From: Lingula anatina
Taxonomy: Eukaryota > Animalia > Brachiopoda
Assembly: GCA_051362555.1 (NCBI GenBank)
Contig: CM120644.1
Location: 15,708,534-15,772,533, forward strand
Reading direction: 5' to 3'
Length of the DNA stretch: 64,000 nucleotides
Part shown: piece after piece, positions 63,144-64,000 of the stretch
Numbering within the stretch: the first letter of the stretch is position 1
Layout of the letters: each line of letters begins with the position of its first letter
Position numbers and translations under genes: made by a program
Notes under the pieces: model-generated
The model's input: only the letters and a program-made list of their open reading frames with translations
Database searches by the model: none
What the model was told of the DNA's origin: nothing

Positions 63144-64000
63144 CTAGTCGACCAATGGTCCAAAAAATTCATTATATTTATTATCGGGATCGTCGGTCAA
63201 CCAGAACTCCATATGCGCCTCTGCATACTCTGCAAGGGATATAAAACCGTCCTTATCCGCGTCCATCACATTAAAGACGTCCTTCGAGTGCTCAACGGGG
63301 ACGTGGATACCGTAGAAGAAAGCGGCGTGTTCTTCCTTGGAAATCAAGCCATCGCCGTCGACGTCCATCCCATTGAAGGTGGTCGAGATGAGTTTTACTT
63401 GCAACTCCTGTCGGTAGTTGACCCAGTTGACGAACGATAAACTATGCTGCACGTATTCCTGTACTGAAATCTTGGCCGTTGTGTCGTCTTCTGAGTCTTT
63501 GACGAGTGATTTCCAGACTGCGAGGCGCTCGTTTAGAATACGTTCGGCTTTCTCATCTGAAAGAAGCGAGGAGCGTTATTTATGTAGGCCTGCATGTACA
63601 TGCACGGTTTACGTCGCTTGCTTACGAAGATCGTGATTTGAATTAATTTATCTCTGTTTTAGATGTCATTTATTTATTTATTTATTTGGTATCATAAACT
63701 TTTATGCACACCTTATTTATATGGTTGCTGAGAGAGATTGAGAGGGGGGGGGGCTTCTTCCGCTTCTAATTCGCTTTATATCCCTAATTCGTTGATTCAG
63801 CACATATAAAATAATCTGCGTAATAAACTAATGGATTTACATAATAATAATACGCAAGTATTAAATGAGTGGAATATAATTAAAACTGTATGATTTGTGC
63901 GAGGAAGTAAGATGATTAATTAATAAACCTTGAAAACGATGTTATTTATTCGAGCGTGTTTTTTAAGAAAATTACCATCAATGCTCAAATACTGGACGAA
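63144..64000 (-). CDS. EF-hand protein D, close paralog of C; partial (last exon 63556-63144, preceding exon runs off the window from 63976)
   Basis: 413-nt last exon nearly identical to C (DVDGDGLISKEE, DADKDGFISLAE, HMEFWLTDDP, FFGPLVD); conserved GATG|GTAAT donor. Confidence 0.85.

Noticed and set aside
58953-64000. Calling genes C/D functional photoproteins or luciferases
   Set aside because: The Tyr184 and His16 equivalents of aequorin are absent; fold similarity alone does not show luminescence.

Overview
AT-rich eukaryotic (invertebrate animal-like) genomic DNA with GT-AG introns, microsatellites and many DNA-transposon derivatives; the species cannot be determined from the sequence. 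Three adjacent tandem gene families make up the window. (1) 0.5-22.5 kb: five intact single-coding-exon HHxxxDG (condensation/CoA-dependent acyltransferase-like) genes plus three decayed fragments. (2) 23.5-29.1 kb: two GT10 alpha-1,3-fucosyltransferases. (3) 30.9-64 kb: six EF-hand genes of the sarcoplasmic Ca-binding protein (SCP)/coelenterazine-binding protein/photoprotein fold. Manual splicing, which the ORF track misses, suggests these EF-hand genes carry interchangeable phase-0 leader exons. Two copies get a signal peptide, three get an Arg-rich mitochondrial-presequence-like leader, and three more decayed leader exons lie nearby. An 8.4-kb Kolobok-type transposon (17-bp TIR, TTAA TSD, DDE transposase fused to a DEDDh exonuclease) sits in an intron and is itself interrupted by a CCC...GGG EnSpm-like element. 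Several insertions have empty-site paralogs inside the window. All family assignments come from motif recognition and recall, not database searches.
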